Source: Candidatus Saccharimonadota bacterium
GTDB taxonomy: Bacteria; Pseudomonadota; Gammaproteobacteria; Enterobacterales; Enterobacteriaceae
DNA: 32,000 nt
Assembly (NCBI RefSeq): GCF_023585745.1
Contig: NZ_CP097762.1
Coordinates: forward strand, 690,001-722,000
Reading direction: 5' to 3'
The notes below the pieces were generated by a model. That model did not search any database, was not told the origin of the DNA, and saw only the letters and a program-made list of their open reading frames with translations. A program made the translations under genes and the position numbers. Of the stretch, positions 29,580 to 32,000 are shown piece by piece (within the stretch, counting starts at the first letter, position 1; each line of letters begins with the position of its first letter).

Positions 29580-30464
29580 TTAATATACGTAATAATTTAA
29601 CCAATTAGCAAATAATAAATATGCGTGGCTTCTCCAAGTAATTTTTGGAGTTAATTTTGGATTATTTTGAGGAAAATAATTATCAGGTAGTGACGGATTT
29701 AATCCTAAATTAATATCACGAAAATATTCTTGTGATAACGTTTGAGCATCGTATTCAGGGTGTCCTGTTAAAAATATCAGTTTTTTATTTTCGTTAATCA
29801 TTAGATAAACACCAGCTTCATCAGATTCTGCTAAAATTTTTAAATCTGTATTTTGATAAATTAGGTCTTTTGGGAAATCTGAATAATGAGAATGTGGAGC
29901 CATGAATATTGTGTCAAATCCTTTTGTTAAAGCAGTATAAGTATTTGTAGTATGATGTTGATAAATTCCAACTATTTTTTTTTTTCGAACGCATTGCGGA
30001 AAATTATATAATATTTTTAAGGCTGCTTGGGTCGCCCAACATACAAATAAAATGGAAGTGATATGTTCTTTTGCCCATAAAATTAATTGCTTAATTTGAG
30101 GCCAAAATGTTATCTTAGAGAATTCAATTAGCCCCAAGGGAGCTCCAGTAATTATAAGGCCATCAAATTCTTGATATTTTACATCTGTAAAGTTACAATA
30201 AAATTTATTTATGTGTTCGGAAGGTGTGTTTTTGGAAATATGGTTATCTATGCGTAGCAGTTGGATATCAATTTGTAAAGGAGAATAAGACAATAGTCGT
30301 AAAAATTGATTTTCTGTTTCAATTTTTTTTGGCATTAAGTTGAGAATTAATATTTTTAGTGAACGAATTTTTTGAAAAATGTCCCGCGATTTTTGCATTA
30401 TGAAAATATTTTCTTTTTTCAATGATTGAACCGCAGGCAATTCGTCTAATACCCGAATCGTCAT
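29580..30464 (-). CDS. metA: homoserine O-succinyltransferase
   Basis: 294-aa [39 protein letters not shown] and [10 protein letters not shown] match E. coli MetA. The last ~15 residues of the E. coli protein are absent. Confidence 0.93.
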   Translation of the reverse strand: MTIRVLDELPAVQSLKKENIFIMQKSRDIFQKIRSLKILILNLMPKKIETENQFLRLLSYSPLQIDIQLLRIDNHISKNTPSEHINKFYCNFTDVKYQEFDGLIITGAPLGLIEFSKITFWPQIKQLILWAKEHITSILFVCWATQAALKILYNFPQCVRKKKIVGIYQHHTTNTYTALTKGFDTIFMAPHSHYSDFPKDLIYQNTDLKILAESDEAGVYLMINENKKLIFLTGHPEYDAQTLSQEYFRDINLGLNPSLPDNYFPQNNPKLTPKITWRSHAYLLFANWLNYYVY

Positions 30465-30742
30465 ATTATTACAACCTTAGTACAAAAAATATATGTAAGA
30501 TGTATATCTTAATTTATATCGTGTATCTTGTGTATTTTTTATAGAAATTTTTAAAAATATATAAATTTATGTTAAATAATCTGGATAAGAATTTATGGTA
30601 TTAAAAATAATAAACTCACTTTATTCCTGAGGGTTTCAGGATATTGAAATTATTTATACAAGAATACTGAATAACACTTAGTTTAGTTTATTTTTTTCAT
30701 GGAATATTTATGTTTTATAAATGCTTATTCTATTATTAGATA

Positions 30743-30817
<75 letters not shown>

Positions 30818-31377
30818 ATATATATAATACTATATAGAGAAATTATATATATATTTTCAATATCGTATTTAATTTATATATTAATTATTTAAATTATCTG
30901 TGTGAATAATTATGTATTAAGTGCATATCCAGATATTTTTATCGCAAAAATATTCCGTAATTATAGCACAATTGATTACTTTAATTCAAGTGATTATGTT
31001 GTTTTAGTTTTTATAATTAATTTAATTAATATTAATTATTTTTAATGATTCATTATATTTAAATTTTGAAATATGTTAATTAACTTTTATTGATTAGTAT
31101 TATTTTAATATTTGAATTAGTATATAATAAATATTATTAAATAATATTTAATGTTGTTCTATAAAAAACAATGTTTTTATTGAGTTTTTTATGATTTTTG
31201 ACATAATATAATTTTTAGATTAGATAAATAATTTTTAGAATTATTATTGTTTTTGTGAATTGAGATTGTAATTGCATATGCGAATTATATTATATAACTA
31301 TAAGGGCTCATCGATAATTAATTTTACCTTTAATTATTATATTATTAATTAATAAAAACATTAGGATTGTATTGTTT

Positions 31378-32000
31378 ATGTATTGTTCTAGTAAATTTGA
31401 TGTTATTGTTGTTGGAGGGGGTCATGCAGGAACAGAGGCGGCTTTAGCTTCTGCTCGGATGAAATGTAATACTTTATTAATTACTCATAATATCGATATG
31501 CTTGGACAAATGTCTTGTAACCCAGCAATAGGCGGTATAGGAAAAGGGCATTTAGTAAAAGAAATTGATGCAATGGGTGGAGTTATGGCTTATGCAATAG
31601 ATAGGTCAGGTATACAATTTAGAATATTGAATAATACTAAGGGTGCTGCTGTTAGAGCGACAAGAGCACAAGCGGATAAAATTTTGTATCGTCAGATAAT
31701 ACGCAACATTTTAGAATATCAAGAATTTTTACATATTATTCAAGGATCAGTAGAAGATTTAATAATTGTTGACAATAAAATTATTGGAGTGGTTGCGCCT
31801 AGAATAGGAGTTAAATTTTATGCTAGGTCTGTAGTACTGACAACAGGCACATTTCTTAATGGGAAAATACATATTGGTATGAAGAGTTTTAGTGGCGGGC
31901 GATCTGGAGATACAGAGTCATCTACATTGTTATCGGAGCGACTAAAAAATCTATCGTTTCGAATAGGTCGTCTAAAAACTGGTACTTCTCCTAGAATACA
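31378..32000 (+). CDS. mnmG: tRNA uridine-5-carboxymethylaminomethyl modification enzyme MnmG/GidA (5' part; runs off the window)
   Basis: Not in the ORF track because it has no stop in the window. Hand translation from ATG 31378 gives [68 protein letters not shown]..., the FAD-binding N-terminus of MnmG. Confidence 0.93.
   Translation, partial: MYCSSKFDVIVVGGGHAGTEAALASARMKCNTLLITHNIDMLGQMSCNPAIGGIGKGHLVKEIDAMGGVMAYAIDRSGIQFRILNNTKGAAVRATRAQADKILYRQIIRNILEYQEFLHIIQGSVEDLIIVDNKIIGVVAPRIGVKFYARSVVLTTGTFLNGKIHIGMKSFSGGRSGDTESSTLLSERLKNLSFRIGRLKTGTSPRI

Noticed and set aside
30465-30620. MetJ met-boxes (AGACGTCT repeats) upstream of metA, and similarly upstream of metE at 23894-24110. TAAGAT-GTAT-ATCTTA at about 30497-30512 looked palindromic.
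   Set aside because: The best 8-mer matches the met-box at 6 of 8 positions, and the adjacent 8-mer does not match, so there is no tandem array. A 6-bp AT-rich palindrome is at chance level.
30818-31377. Possible oriC in the spacer upstream of mnmG/gidA. Supporting points were the divergent gene orientation, the AT-rich 560 bp, and one exact DnaA-box consensus TGTGAATAA (= TTATTCACA) at 30901-30909.
   Set aside because: There is only one consensus box (a second, TGTGAATTG, has 2 mismatches), no GATC cluster and no 13-mer-like repeats. My approximate hand counts show G>C on the plus strand in spacers all across the window: 5042-5943 about 70 vs 49, 13833-14223 about 28 vs 18, 17543-17965 about 40 vs 26, and 30821-31377 about 53 vs 29. 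So there is no skew switch here. A whole-genome cumulative GC-skew plot would settle it.

Overview
This is a very AT-rich stretch of a reduced gammaproteobacterial (Enterobacterales-derived) chromosome of the insect-endosymbiont type. I annotate 25 protein genes and one tRNA. Two were not in the ORF track: rpmG (56 aa) and the truncated mnmG at the window end.

Gene order is coaD / rpmG-rpmB / coaBC-dut / yicC / MarR-like / gmk-rpoZ / glnA / engB >< polA-dsbA / ubiD-ubiB-ubiE-rmuC-udp-metE / rpoH-ftsY <> rsmD / pgi-metA / tRNA-Ile / mnmG. This is a mosaic of E. coli-syntenic blocks. Many genes E. coli has at these positions are missing: mutM, radC, slmA-pyrE-rph, the dinD-ligB region, spoT-recG, glnLG, spf, tatABC, ubiJ and ftsEX. 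Their places are taken by 0.4-0.9 kb spacers of almost pure A+T. Keeping glnA together with ubiquinone and methionine genes resembles Candidatus Blochmannia-like symbionts, but that is an unverified inference.

All protein calls rest on hand comparison with E. coli sequences recalled from memory. No searches were run.

I see no mobile element, CRISPR array, prophage, defence, toxin or secretion system, and no island of foreign composition. I do not think this window contains a novel multi-gene system. The items worth a second look are small-scale:
- A MarR-family regulator retained between two eroded spacers.
- A 158-bp tract that is A/T-only except for one C.
- Three inverted repeats too long for chance: upstream of rpmB, after rpoH, and between rsmD and pgi.
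- An 11-bp GC-containing inverted repeat bracketing 77 bp upstream of gmk.
- A possible plus-strand sRNA unit between polA and dsbA.
- A Pol I whose proofreading residues look substituted.
- Many in-frame A9-A11 homopolymers inside essential genes.
- A tRNA-Ile(GAU) detached from any rRNA operon.
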